NCBI GenBank assembly: GCA_964016885.1
Contig: OZ024762.1
Location: 30,380,001 to 30,444,000 of the forward strand
Source of the DNA: Eledone cirrhosa
Taxonomy: Eukaryota
Direction: 5' to 3'
DNA: 64,000 bases
The position numbers and the translations under genes were made by a program. Under the pieces are notes generated by a model. It saw nothing but the letters and a program-made list of their open reading frames with translations. It was not told the DNA's origin and ran no database searches. Shown here in pieces: positions 28,064-43,000 of this stretch (the first letter of the stretch is position 1; each line of letters begins with the position of its first letter).

Positions 28064-31000
28064 ATTGTTGGTGAGAATTCATTTAAATCATGGTACTAGC
28101 TGTCAGAAGTAACTCCACTGTTGGTGAGAATTCATTTAAGTTCATGGTATTAGCTGTCAGAAGTAACTCCACTGTTGGTGAGAATTCATTTAAGTCATGG
28201 TATTAGCTGTCAGAAGTAACTCCATTGTTGGTGAGAATTCATTTAAATCATGGTACTAGCTGTCAGAAGTAACTCCACTGTTGGTGAGAATTCATTTAAG
28301 TTCATGGTATTAGCTGTCAGAAGGAACTCCACTGTTGGTGAGAATTCATTTAAGTTCATGGTACTAGCTGTCAGAAGGAACTCCACTGTTGGTGAGAATT
28401 CATTTAAGTTCATGGTATTAGCTGTCAGAAGTAACTCCAATGTTGGTGAGAATTCATTTAAGTCTTGGTATTAGCTGTCAGAAGTAACTCCACTGTTGGT
28501 GAGAATTCATTTAAGTTCATGGTACTAGCTGTCAGAAGTAACCCCAATGTTGGTGAGAATTCATTTAAGTTCATGGTATTAGCTGTCAGAAGTCACTCCA
28601 ATGTTGGTGAGAATTCATTTAAGTCATGGTATTAGCTGTCAGAAGTAACTCCATTGTTGGTGAGAATTCATTTAAATCATGGTACTAGCTGTCAGAAGTA
28701 ACTCCACTGTTGGTGAGAATTCATTTAAGTTCATGGTATTAGCTGTCAGAAGTAACTCCACTGTTGGTGAGAATTCATTTAAGTCATGGTATTAGCTGTC
28801 AGAAGTAACTCCATTGTTGGTGAGAATTCATTTAAATCATGGTACTAGCTGTCAGAAGTAACTCCACTGTTGGTGAGAATTCATTTAAGTTCATGGTATT
28901 AGCTGTCAGAAGGAACTCCACTGTTGGTGAGAATTCATTTAAGTTCATGGTATTAGCTGTCAGAAGTAACTCCACTGTTGGTGAGAATTCATTTAAGTTC
29001 ATGGTACTAGCTGTCAGAAGTAACTCCACTGTTGGTGAGAATTCATTTAAGTTCATGGTACTAGCTGTCAGAAGGAACTCCACTGTTGGTGAGAATTCAT
29101 TTAAGTTCATGGTATTAGCTGTCAGAAGTAACTCCAATGTTGGTGAGAATTCATTTAAGTCTTGGTATTAGCTGTCAGAAGTAACTCCACTGTTGGTGAG
29201 AATTCATTTAAGTTCATGGTACTAGCTGTCAGAAGTAACCCCAATGTTGGTGAGAATTCATTTAAGTTCATGGTATTAGCTGTCAGAAGTCACTCCAATG
29301 TTGGTGAGAATTCATTTAAGTTCATGGTATTAGCTGTCAGAAGTCACTCCACTGTTGGTGAGAATTCATTTAAGTTCATGGTACTAGCTGTCAGAAGTAA
29401 CCCCAATGTTGGTGAGAATTCATTTAAGTTCATGGTATTAGCTGTCAGAAGTCACTCCAATGTTGGTGAGAATTCATTTAAGTTCATGGTATTAGCTGTC
29501 AGAAGTAACTCCACTGTTGGTGAGAATTCATTTAAGTTCATGGTATTAGCTGTCAGAAGTAACTCCACTGTTGGTGAGAATTCATTTAAGTTCATGGTAT
29601 TAGCTGTCAGAAGTAACTCCACTGTTGGTGGGAATTCATTTAAATTCATGGTATTAGCTGTCAGAAGTAACTCCACTGTTGGTGAGAATTCATTTAAGTT
29701 CATGGTATTAGCTGTCAGAAGGAACGCCACTGTTGGTGAGAATTCATTTAAGTCATGGTATTAGCTGTCAGAAGTAACTCCATTGTTGGTGAGAATTCAT
29801 TTAAGTCATGGTACTAGCTGTCAGAAGTAACTCCACTGTTGGTGAGAATTCATTTAAGTTCATGGTATTAGCTGTCAGAAGGAACTCCACTGTTGGTGAG
29901 AATTCATTTAAGTTCATGGTATTAGCTGTCAGAAGTAACTCCACTGTTGGTGAGAATTCATTTAAGTTCATGGTACTAGCTGTCAGAAGTAACTCCAATG
30001 TTGGTGAGAATTCATTTAAGTTCATGGTATTAGCTGTCAGAAGTAACTCCACTGTTGGTGAGAATTCATTTAAGTTCATGGTATTAGCTGTCAGAAGTAA
30101 CTCCAATGTTGGTGATAATTCATTTAAGTCTTGGTACTAGCTGTCAGAAGTAACTCCACTGTTGGTGAGAATTCATTTAAGTTCATGGTGGTATTAGCTG
30201 TCAGAAGGAACTCCACTGTTGGTGAGAATTCATTTAAGTTCATGGTATTAGCTGTCAGAAGTAACTCCACTGTTGGTGAGAATTCATTTAAGTTCATGGT
30301 ACTAGCTGTCAGAAGTAACTCCACTGTTGGTGAGAATTCATTTAAGTTCATGGTACTAGCTGTCAGAAGGAACTCCACTGTTGGTGAGAATTCATTTAAG
30401 TTCATGGTATTAGCTGTCAGAAGTAACTCCAATGTTGGTGAGAATTCATTTAAGTCTTGGTATTAGCTGTCAGAAGTAACTCCACTGTTGGTGAGAATTC
30501 ATTTAAGTTCATGGTACTAGCTGTCAGAAGTAACCCCAATGTTGGTGAGAATTCATTTAAGTTCATGGTATTAGCTGTCCGAAGTCACTCCAATGTTGGT
30601 GAGAATTCATTTAAGTTCATGGTATTAGCTGTCAGAAGTCATTCCACTGTTGGTGAGAATTCATTTAAGTTCATGGTACTAGCTGTCAGAAGTAACCCCA
30701 ATGTTGGTGAGAATTCATTTAAGTTCATGGTATTAGCTGTCAGAAGTCACTCCAATGTTGGTGAGAATTCATTTAAGTTCATGGTATTAGCTGTCAGAAG
30801 TAACTCCACTGTTGGTGAGAATTCATTTAAGTTCATGGTATTAGCTGTCAGAAGTAACTCCACTGTTGGTGAGAATTCATTTAAGTTCATGGTATTAGCT
30901 GTCAGAAGTAACTCCACTATTGGTGGGAATTCATTTAAATTCATGGTATTAGATGTCAGAAGTAACTCCACTGTTGGTGAGAATTCATTTAAGTTCATGG

Positions 31001-34000
31001 TATTAGCTGTCAGAAGGAACGCCACTGTTGGTGAGAATTCATTTAAGTCATGGTATTAGCTGTCAGAAGTAACTCCATTGTTGGTGGGAATTCATTTAAG
31101 TCATGGTACTAGCTGTCAGAAGTAACTCCACTGTTGGTGAGAATTCATTTAAGTTCATGGTATTAGCTGTCAGAAGGAACTCCACTGTTGGTGAGAATTC
31201 ATTTAAGTTCATGGTATTAGCTGTCAGAAGTAACTCCACTGTTGGTGAGAATTCATTTAAGTTCATGGTACTAGCTGTCAGAAGTAACTCCACTGTTGGT
31301 GAGAATTCATTTAAGTTCATGGTACTAGCTGTCAGAAGGAACTCCACTGTTGGTGAGAATTCATTTAAGTTCATGGTATTAGCTGTCAGAAGTAACTCCA
31401 ATGTTGGTGATAATTCATTTAAGTCTTGGTACTAGCTGTCAGAAGTAACTCCACTGTTGGTGAGAATTCATTTAAGTTCATGGTATTAGCTGTCAGAAGG
31501 AACTCCACTGTTGGTGAGAATTCATTTAAGTTCATGGTATTAGCTGTCAGAAGTAACTCCACTGTTGGTGAGAATTCATTTAAGTTCATGGTACTAGCTG
31601 TCAGAAGTAACTCCACTGTTGGTGAGAATTCATTTAAGTTCATGGTATTAGCTGTCAGAAGTAACTCCACTGTTGGTGAGAATTCATTTAAGTCATGGTA
31701 TTAGCTGTCAGAAGTAACTCCATTGTTGGTGAGAATTCATTTAAGTCATGGTACTAGCTGTCAGAAGTAACTCCACTGTTGGTGAGAATTCATTTAAGTT
31801 CATGGTACTAGCTGTCAGAAGTAACTCCACTGTTGGTGAGAATTCATTTAAGTTCATGGTACTAGCTGTCAGAAGTAACTCCACTGTTGGTGAGAATTCA
31901 TTTAAGTTCATGGTACTAGCTGTCAGAAGTAACTCCACTGTTGGTGAGAATTCATTTAAGTTCATGGTATTAGCTGTCAGAAGTAACTCCACTGTTGGTT
32001 AGAATTCATTTAAGTTCATGGTACTAGCTGTCAGAAGTAACTCCACTGTTGGTGAGAATTCATTTAAGTTCATGGTATTAGCTGTCAGAAGTAACTCCAC
32101 TGTTGGTGAGAATTCATTTAAGTTCATGGTACTAGCTGTCAGAAGTAACCCCAATGTTGGTGAGAATTCATTTAAGTTCATGGTATTAGCTGTCAGAAGT
32201 CACTCCAATGTTGGTGAGAATTCATTTAAGTTCATGGTATTAGCTGTCAGAAGTCACTCCACTGTTGGTGAGAATTCATTTAAGTTCATGGTACTAGCTG
32301 TCAGAAGTAACCCCAATGTTGGTGAGAATTCATTTAAGTTCATGGTATTAGCTGTCAGAAGTCACTCCAATGTTGGTGAGAATTCATTTAAGTTCATGGT
32401 ATTAGCTGTCAGAAGTAACTCCACTGTTGGTGAGAATTCATTTAAGTTCATGGTATTAGCTGTCAGTAGTAACTCCACTGTTGGTGAGAATTCATTTAAG
32501 TTCATGGTATTAGCTGTCAGAAGTAACTCCATTGTTGGTGAGAATTCATTTAAGTCATGGTACTAGCTGTCAGAAGTAACTCCACTGTTGGTGAGAATTC
32601 ATTTAAGTTCATGGTATTAGCTGTCAGAAGTAACTCCACTGTTGGTGAGAATTCATTTAAGTTCATGGTATTAGCTGTCAGAAGTAACTCCACTGTTGGT
32701 GAGAATTCATTTAAGTTCATGGTACTAGCTGTCAGAAGTAACTCCAATGTTGGTGAGAATTCATTTAAGTTCATGGTACTAGCTGTCAGAAGGAACTCCA
32801 CTGTTGGTGAGAATTCATTTAAGTTCATGGTATTAGCTGTCAGAAGTAACTCCAATGTTGGTGAGAATTCATTTAAGTCATGGTACTAGCTGTCAGAAGT
32901 AACTCCACTGTTGGTGAGAATTCATTTAAGTTCATGGTATTAGCTGTCAGAAGGAACTCCACTGTTGGTGAGAATTCATTTAAGTTCATGGTACTAGCTG
33001 TCAGAAGTAACTCCAATGTTGGTGAGAATTCATTTAAGTTCATGGTAATAGCTGTCAGAAGTAACTCCACTGTTGGTGAGAATTCATTTAAGTTCATGGT
33101 ATTAGCTGTCAGAAGTAACTCCACTGTTGGTGAGAATTCATTTAAGTTCATGGTACTAGCTGTCAGAAGTAACTCCACTGTTGGTGAGAATTCATTTAAG
33201 TTCATGGTATTAGCTGTCAGAAGTAACTCCACTGTTGGTGAGAATTCATTTAAGTCATGGTATTAGCTGTCAGAAGTAACTCCATTGTTGGTGAGAATTC
33301 ATTTAAGTCATGGTACTAGCTGTCAGAAGTAACTCCACTGTTGGTGAGAATTCATTTAAGTCATGGTATTAGCTGTCAGAAGTAACTCCATTGTTGGTGA
33401 GAATTCATTTAAGTCATGGTACTAGCTGTCAGAAGTAACTCCACTGTTGGTGAGAATTCATTTAAGTTCATGGTACTAGCTGTCAGAAGTAACTCCACTG
33501 TTGGTGAGAATTCATTTAAGTTCATGGTACTAGCTGTCAGAAGTAACTCCACTGTTGGTGAGAATTCATTTAAGTTCATGGTACTAGCTGTCAGAAGTAA
33601 CTCCACTGTTGGTGAGAATTCATTTAAGTTCATGGTACTAGCTGTCAGAAGTAACTCCAATGTTGGTGAGAATTCATTTAAGTTCATGGTATTAGCTGTC
33701 AGAAGTAACTCCACTGTTGGTGAGAATTCATTTAAGTTCATGGTACTAGCTGTCAGAAGTAACTCCACTGTTGGTGAGAATTCATTTAAGTTCATGGTAT
33801 TAGCTGTCAGAAGTAACTCCACTGTTGGTGAGAATTCATTTAAGTTCATGGTACTAGCTGTCAGAAGTAACCCCAATGTTGGTGAGAATTCATTTAAGTT
33901 CATGGTATTAGCTGTCAGAAGTCACTCCAATGTTGGTGAGAATTCATTTAAGTTCATGGTATTAGCTGTCAGAAGTCACTCCACTGTTGGTGAGAATACA

Positions 34001-37000
34001 TTTAAGTTCATGGTACTAGCTGTCAGAAGTAACTCCACTGTTGGTGAGAATTCATTTAAGTTCATGGTACTAGCTGTCAGAAGGAACTCCAATGTTGGTG
34101 AGAATTCATTTAAGTTCATGGTATTAGCTGTCAGAAGGAACGCCACTGTTGGTGAGAATTCATTTAAGTCATGGTATTAGCTGTCAGAAGTAACTCCATT
34201 GTTGGTGAGAATTCATTTAAGTCATGGTACTAGCTGTCAGAAGTAACTCCACTGTTGGTGAGAATTCATTTAAGTTCATGGTATTAGCTGTCAGAAGGAA
34301 CTCCACTGTTGGTGAGAATTCATTTAAGTTCATGGTATTAGCTGTCAGAAGTAACTCCACTGTTGGTGAGAATTCATTTAAGTTCATGGTACTAGCTGTC
34401 AGAAGTAACTCCACTGTTGGTGAGAATTCATTTAAGTTCATGGTACTAGCTGTCAGAAGGAACTCCACTGTTGGTGAGAATGCATTTAAGTTCATGGTAT
34501 TAGCTGTCAGAAGTAACTCCACTGTTGGTGAGAATTCATTTAAGTCATGGTACTAGCTGTCAGAAGTAACTCCACTGTTGGTGAGAATTCATTTAAGTTC
34601 ATGGTATTAGCTGTCAGAAGTAACTCCACTGTTGGTGAGAATTCATTTAAGTTCATGGTATTAGCTGTCAGAAGTAACTCCACTGTTGGTGAGAATTCAT
34701 TTAAGTTCATGGTATTAGCTGTCAGAAGTAACTCCACTGTTGGTGAGAATTCATTTAAGTTCATGGTATTAGCTGTCAGAAGGAACTCCAATGTTGGTGA
34801 GAATTCATTTAAGTTCATGGTATTAGCTGTCAGAAGGAACGCCACTGTTGGTGAGAATTCATTTAAGTCATGGTATTAGCTGTCAGAAGTAACTCCACTG
34901 TTGGTGAGAATTCATTTAAGTTCATGGTATTAGCTGTCAGAAGGAACTCCACTGTTGGTGAGAATTCATTTAAGTTCATGGTATTAGCTGTCAGAAGTAA
35001 CTCCACTGTTGGTGAGAATTCATTTAAGTTCATGGTACTAGCTGTCAGAAGTAACTCCACTTTTGGTGAGAATTCATTTAAGTTCATGGTACTAGCTGTC
35101 AGAAGGAACTCCACTGTTGGTGAGAATTCATTTAAGTTCATGGTATTAGCTGTCAGAAGTAACTCCAATGTTGGTGAGAATTCATTTAAGTCATGGTACT
35201 AGCTGTCAGAAGTAACTCCACTGTTGGTGAGAATTCATTTAAGTTCATGGTATTAGCTGTCAGAAGGAACTCCACTGTTGGTGAGAATTCATTTAAGTTC
35301 ATGGTATTAGCTGTCAGAAGTAACTCCACTGTTGGTGAGAATTCATTTAAGTTCATGGTACTAGCTGTCAGAAGTAACTCCAATGTTGGTGAGAATTCAT
35401 TTAAGTTCATGGTATTAGCTGTAAGAAGTAACTCCACTGTTGGTGAGAATTCATTTAAGTTCATGGTATTAGCTGTCAGAAGTAACTCCACTGTTGGTGA
35501 GAATTCATTTAAGTTCATGGTATTAGCTGTCAGAAGTAACTCCACTGTTGGTGAGAATTCATTTAAGTTCATGGTATTAGCTGTCAGAAGTAACTCCACT
35601 GTTGGTGAGAATTCATTTAAGTCATGGTATTAGCTGTCAGAAGTAACTCCATTGTTGGTGAGAATTCATTTAAGTCATGGTACTAGCTGTCAGAAGTAAC
35701 TCCACTGTTGGTGAGAATTCATTTAAGTCATGGTATTAGCTGTCAGAAGTAACTCCATTGTTGGTGAGAATTCATTTAAGTCATGGTACTAGCTGTCAGA
35801 AGTAACTCCACTGTTGGTGAGAATTCATTTAAGTTCATGGTACTAGCTGTCAGAAGTAACTCCACTGTTGGTGAGAATTCATTTAAGTTCATGGTACTAG
35901 CTGTCAGAAGTAACTCCACTGTTGGTGAGAATTCATTTAAGTTCATGGTACTAGCTGTCAGAAGTAACTCCACTGTTGGTGAGAATTCATTTAAGTTCAT
36001 GGTACTAGCTGTCAGAAGTAACTCCAATGTTGGTGAGAATTCATTTAAGTTCATGGTATTAGCTGTCAGAAGTAACTCCACTGTTGGTGAGAATTCATTT
36101 AAGTCATGGTATTAGCTGTCAGAAGTAACTCCATTGTTGGTGAGAATTCATTTAAATCATGGTACTAGCTGTCAGAAGTAACTCCACTGTTGGTGAGAAT
36201 TCATTTAAGTTCATGGTATTAGCTGTCAGAAGTAACTCCACTGTTGGTGAGAATTCATTTAAGTCATGGTATTAGCTGTCAGAAGTAACTCCATTGTTGG
36301 TGAGAATTCATTTAAATCATGGTACTAGCTGTCAGAAGTAACTCCACTGTTGGTGAGAATTCATTTAAGTTCATGGTATTAGCTGTCAGAAGGAACTCCA
36401 CTGTTGGTGAGAATTCATTTAAGTTCATGGTATTAGCTGTCAGAAGTAACTCCACTGTTGGTGAGAATTCATTTAAGTTCATGGTACTAGCTGTCAGAAG
36501 TAACTCCACTGTTGGTGAGAATTCATTTAAGTTCATGGTACTAGCTGTCAGAAGGAACTCCACTGTTGGTGAGAATTCATTTAAGTTCATGGTATTAGCT
36601 GTCAGAAGTAACTCCAATGTTGGTGATAATTCATTTAAGTCTTGGTACTAGCTGTCAGAAGTAACTCCACTGTTGGTGAGAATTCATTTAAGTTCATGGT
36701 ATTAGCTGTCAGAAGGAACTCCACTGTTGGTGAGAATTCATTTAAGTTCATGGTATTAGCTGTCAGAAGTAACTCCACTGTTGGTGAGAATTCATTTAAG
36801 TTCATGGTACTAGCTGTCAGAAGTAACTCCACTGTTGGTGAGAATTCATTTAAGTTCATGGTATTAGCTGTCAGAAGTAACTCCACTGTTGGTGAGAATT
36901 CATTTAAGTTCATGGTATTAGCTGTCAGAAGTAACTCCACTGTTGGTGAGAATTCATTTAAGTTCATGGTACTAGCTGTCAGAAGTAACTCCACTGTTGG

Positions 37001-40000
37001 TGAGAATTCATTTAAGTTCATGGTACTAGCTGTCAGAAGGAACTCCACTGTTGGTGAGAATTCATTTAAGTTCATGGTATTAGCTGTCAGAAGTAACTCC
37101 AATGTTGGTGAGAATTCATTTAAGTCATGGTACTAGCTGTCAGAAGTAACTCCACTGTTGGTGAGAATTCATTTAAGTTCATGGTATTAGCTGTCAGAAG
37201 GAACTCCACTGTTGGTGAGAATTCATTTAAGTTCATGGTATTAGCTGTCAGAAGTAACTCCACTGTTGATGAGAATTCATTTAAGTTCATGGTACTAGCT
37301 GTCAGAAGTAACTCCAATGTTGGTGAGAATTCATTTAAGTTCATGGTATTAGCTGTCAGAAGGAACTCCACTGTTGGTGAGAATTCATTTAAGTTCATGG
37401 TATTAGCTGTCAGAAGTAACTCCACTGTTGGTGAGAATTCATTTAAGTTCATGGTATTAGCTGTCAGAAGTAACTCCACTGTTGGTGAGAATTCATTTAA
37501 ATTCATGGTATTAGCTGTCAGAAGTAACTCCACTGTTGGTGAGAATTCATTTAAGTCATGGTATTAGCTGTCAGAAGTAACTCCATTGTTGGTGAGAATT
37601 CATTTAAATCATGGTACTAGCTGTCAGAAGTAACTCCACTGTTGGTGAGAATTCATTTAAGTTCATGGTATTAGCTGTCAGAAGTAACTCCACTGTTGGT
37701 GAGAATTCATTTAAGTCATGGTATTAGCTGTCAGAAGTAACTCCATTGTTGGTGAGAATTCATTTTAATCATGGTACTAGCTGTCAGAAGTAACTCCACT
37801 GTTGGTGAGAATTCATTTAAGTTCATGGTATTAGCTGTCAGAAGGAACTCCACTGTTGGTGAGAATTCATTTAAGTTCATGGTATTAGCTGTCAGAAGTA
37901 ACTCCACTGTTGGTGAGAATTCATTTAAGTTCATGGTACTAGCTGTCAGAAGTAACTCCACTGTTGGTGAGAATTCATTTAAGTTCATGGTACTAGCTGT
38001 CAGAAGGAACTCCACTGTTGGTGAGAATTCATTTAAGTTCATGGTATTAGCTGTCAGAAGTAACTCCAATGTTGGTGAGAATTCATTTAAGTCTTGGTAT
38101 TAGCTGTCGGAAGTAACTCCACTGTTGGTGAGAATTCATTTAAGTTCATGGTACTAGCTGTCAGAAGTAACCCCAATGTTGGTGAGAATTCATTTAAGTT
38201 CATGGTATTAGCTGTCAGAAGTCACTCCAATGTTGGTGAGAATTCATTTAAGTCATGGTATTAGCTGTCAGAAGTAACTCCATTGTTGGTGAGAATTCAT
38301 TTAAATCATGGTACTAGCTGTCAGAAGTAACTCCACTGTTGGTGAGAATTCATTTAAGTTCATGGTATTAGCTGTCAGAAGTAACTCCACTGTTGGTGAG
38401 AATTCATTTAAGTCATGGTATTAGCTGTCAGAAGTAACTCCATTGTTGGTGAGAATTCATTTAAATCATGGTACTAGCTGTCAGAAGTAACTCCACTGTT
38501 GGTGAGAATTCATTTAAGTTCATGGTATTAGCTGTCAGAAGGAACTCCACTGTTGGTGAGAATTCATTTAAGTTCATGGTATTAGCTGTCAGAAGTAACT
38601 CCACTGTTGGTGAGAATTCATTTAAGTTCATGGTACTAGCTGTCAGAAGTAACTCCACTGTTGGTGAGAATTCATTTAAGTTCATGGTACTAGCTGTCAG
38701 AAGGAACTCCACTGTTGGTGAGAATTCATTTAAGTTCATGGTATTAGCTGTCAGAAGTAACTCCAATGTTGGTGAGAATTCATTTAAGTCTTGGTATTAG
38801 CTGTCAGAAGTAACTCCACTGTTGGTGAGAATTCATTTAAGTTCATGGTACTAGCTGTCAGAAGTAACCCCAATGTTGGTGAGAATTCATTTAAGTTCAT
38901 GGTATTAGCTGTCAGAAGTCACTCCAATGTTGGTGAGAATTCATTTAAGTTCATGGTATTAGCTGTCAGAAGTCACTCCACTGTTGGTGAGAATTCATTT
39001 AAGTTCATGGTACTAGCTGTCAGAAGTAACCCCAATGTTGGTGAGAATTCATTTAAGTTCATGGTATTAGCTGTCAGAAGTCACTCCAATGTTGGTGAGA
39101 ATTCATTTAAGTTCATGGTATTAGCTGTCAGAAGTAACTCCACTGTTGGTGAGAATTCATTTAAGTTCATGGTATTAGCTGTCAGAAGTAACTCCACTGT
39201 TGGTGAGAATTCATTTAAGTTCATGGTATTAGCTGTCAGAAGTAACTCCACTGTTGGTGGGAATTCATTTAAATTCATGGTATTAGCTGTCAGAAGTAAC
39301 TCCACTGTTGGTGAGAATTCATTTAAGTTCATGGTATTAGCTGTCAGAAGGAACGCCACTGTTGGTGAGAATTCATTTAAGTCATGGTATTAGCTGTCAG
39401 AAGTAACTCCATTGTTGGTGAGAATTCATTTAAGTCATGGTACTAGCTGTCAGAAGTAACTCCACTGTTGGTGAGAATTCATTTAAGTTCATGGTATTAG
39501 CTGTCAGAAGGAACTCCACTGTTGGTGAGAATTCATTTAAGTTCATGGTATTAGCTGTCAGAAGTAACTCCACTGTTGGTGAGAATTCATTTAAGTTCAT
39601 GGTACTAGCTGTCAGAAGTAACTCCAATGTTGGTGAGAATTCATTTAAGTTCATGGTATTAGCTGTCAGAAGTAACTCCACTGTTGGTGAGAATTCATTT
39701 AAGTTCATGGTATTAGCTGTCAGAAGTAACTCCAATGTTGGTGATAATTCATTTAAGTCTTGGTACTAGCTGTCAGAAGTAACTCCACTGTTGGTGAGAA
39801 TTCATTTAAGTTCATGGTGGTATTAGCTGTCAGAAGGAACTCCACTGTTGGTGAGAATTCATTTAAGTTCATGGTATTAGCTGTCAGAAGTAACTCCACT
39901 GTTGGTGAGAATTCATTTAAGTTCATGGTACTAGCTGTCAGAAGTAACTCCACTGTTGGTGAGAATTCATTTAAGTTCATGGTACTAGCTGTCAGAAGGA

Positions 40001-43000
40001 ACTCCACTGTTGGTGAGAATTCATTTAAGTTCATGGTATTAGCTGTCAGAAGTAACTCCAATGTTGGTGAGAATTCATTTAAGTCTTGGTATTAGCTGTC
40101 AGAAGTAACTCCACTGTTGGTGAGAATTCATTTAAGTTCATGGTACTAGCTGTCAGAAGTAACCCCAATGTTGGTGAGAATTCATTTAAGTTCATGGTAT
40201 TAGCTGTCCGAAGTCACTCCAATGTTGGTGAGAATTCATTTAAGTTCATGGTATTAGCTGTCAGAAGTCACTCCACTGTTGGTGAGAATTCATTTAAGTT
40301 CATGGTACTAGCTGTCAGAAGTAACCCCAATGTTGGTGAGAATTCATTTAAGTTCATGGTATTAGCTGTCAGAAGTCACTCCAATGTTGGTGAGAATTCA
40401 TTTAAGTTCATGGTATTAGCTGTCAGAAGTAACTCCACTGTTGGTGAGAATTCATTTAAGTTCATGGTATTAGCTGTCAGAAGTAACACCACTGTTGGTG
40501 AGAATTCATTTAAGTTCATGGTATTAGCTGTCAGAAGTAACTCCACTATTGGTGGGAATTCATTTAAATTCATGGTATTAGATGTCAGAAGTAACTCCAC
40601 TGTTGGTGAGAATTCATTTAAGTTCATGGTATTAGCTGTCAGAAGGAACGCCACTGTTGGTGAGAATTCATTTAAGTCATGGTATTAGCTGTCAGAAGTA
40701 ACTCCATTGTTGGTGGGAATTCATTTAAGTCATGGTACTAGCTGTCAGAAGTAACTCCACTGTTGGTGAGAATTCATTTAAGTTCATGGTATTAGCTGTC
40801 AGAAGGAACTCCACTGTTGGTGAGAATTCATTTAAGTTCATGGTATTAGCTGTCAGAAGTAACTCCACTGTTGGTGAGAATTCATTTAAGTTCATGGTAC
40901 TAGCTGTCAGAAGTAACTCCACTGTTGGTGAGAATTCATTTAAGTTCATGGTACTAGCTGTCAGAAGGAACTCCACTGTTGGTGAGAATTCATTTAAGTT
41001 CATGGTATTAGCTGTCAGAAGTAACTCCAATGTTGGTGATAATTCATTTAAGTCTTGGTACTAGCTGTCAGAAGTAACTCCACTGTTGGTGAGAATTCAT
41101 TTAAGTTCATGGTATTAGCTGTCAGAAGGAACTCCACTGTTGGTGAGAATTCATTTAAGTTCATGGTATTAGCTGTCAGAAGTAACTCCACTGTTGGTGA
41201 GAATTCATTTAAGTTCATGGTACTAGCTGTCAGAAGTAACTCCACTGTTGGTGAGAATTCATTTAAGTTCATGGTATTAGCTGTCAGAAGTAACTCCACT
41301 GTTGGTGAGAATTCATTTAAGTCATGGTATTAGCTGTCAGAAGTAACTCCATTGTTGGTGAGAATTCATTTAAGTCATGGTACTAGCTGTCAGAAGTAAC
41401 TCCACTGTTGGTGAGAATTCATTTAAGTTCATGGTACTAGCTGTCAGAAGTAACTCCACTGTTGGTGAGAATTCATTTAAGTTCATGGTACTAGCTGTCA
41501 GAAGTAACTCCACTGTTGGTGAGAATTCATTTAAGTTCATGGTACTAGCTGTCAGAAGTAACTCCACTGTTGGTGAGAATTCATTTAAGTTCATGGTATT
41601 AGCTGTCAGAAGTAACTCCACTGTTGGTTAGAATTCATTTAAGTTCATGGTACTAGCTGTCAGAAGTAACTCCACTGTTGGTGAGAATTCATTTAAGTTC
41701 ATGGTATTAGCTGTCAGAAGTAACTCCACTGTTGGTGAGAATTCATTTAAGTTCATGGTACTAGCTGTCAGAAGTAACCCCAATGTTGGTGAGAATTCAT
41801 TTAAGTTCATGGTATTAGCTGTCAGAAGTCACTCCAATGTTGGTGAGAATTCATTTAAGTTCATGGTATTAGCTGTCAGAAGTCACTCCACTGTTGGTGA
41901 GAATTCATTTAAGTTCATGGTACTAGCTGTCAGAAGTAACCCCAATGTTGGTGAGAATTCATTTAAGTTCATGGTATTAGCTGTCAGAAGTCACTCCAAT
42001 GTTGGTGAGAATTCATTTAAGTTCATGGTATTAGCTGTCAGAAGTAACTCCACTGTTGGTGAGAATTCATTTAAGTTCATGGTATTAGCTGTCAGTAGTA
42101 ACTCCACTGTTGGTGAGAATTCATTTAAGTTCATGGTATTAGCTGTCAGAAGTAACTCCATTGTTGGTGAGAATTCATTTAAGTCATGGTACTAGCTGTC
42201 AGAAGTAACTCCACTGTTGGTGAGAATTCATTTAAGTTCATGGTATTAGCTGTCAGAAGTAACTCCACTGTTGGTGAGAATTCATTTAAGTTCATGGTAT
42301 TAGCTGTCAGAAGTAACTCCACTGTTGGTGAGAATTCATTTAAGTTCATGGTACTAGCTGTCAGAAGTAACTCCAATGTTGGTGAGAATTCATTTAAGTT
42401 CATGGTACTAGCTGTCAGAAGGAACTCCACTGTTGGTGAGAATTCATTTAAGTTCATGGTATTAGCTGTCAGAAGTAACTCCAATGTTGGTGAGAATTCA
42501 TTTAAGTCATGGTACTAGCTGTCAGAAGTAACTCCACTGTTGGTGAGAATTCATTTAAGTTCATGGTATTAGCTGTCAGAAGGAACTCCACTGTTGGTGA
42601 GAATTCATTTAAGTTCATGGTACTAGCTGTCAGAAGTAACTCCAATGTTGGTGAGAATTCATTTAAGTTCATGGTAATAGCTGTCAGAAGTAACTCCACT
42701 GTTGGTGAGAATTCATTTAAGTTCATGGTATTAGCTGTCAGAAGTAACTCCACTGTTGGTGAGAATTCATTTAAGTTCATGGTACTAGCTGTCAGAAGTA
42801 ACTCCACTGTTGGTGAGAATTCATTTAAGTTCATGGTATTAGCTGTCAGAAGTAACTCCACTGTTGGTGAGAATTCATTTAAGTCATGGTATTAGCTGTC
42901 AGAAGTAACTCCATTGTTGGTGAGAATTCATTTAAGTCATGGTACTAGCTGTCAGAAGTAACTCCACTGTTGGTGAGAATTCATTTAAGTCATGGTATTA

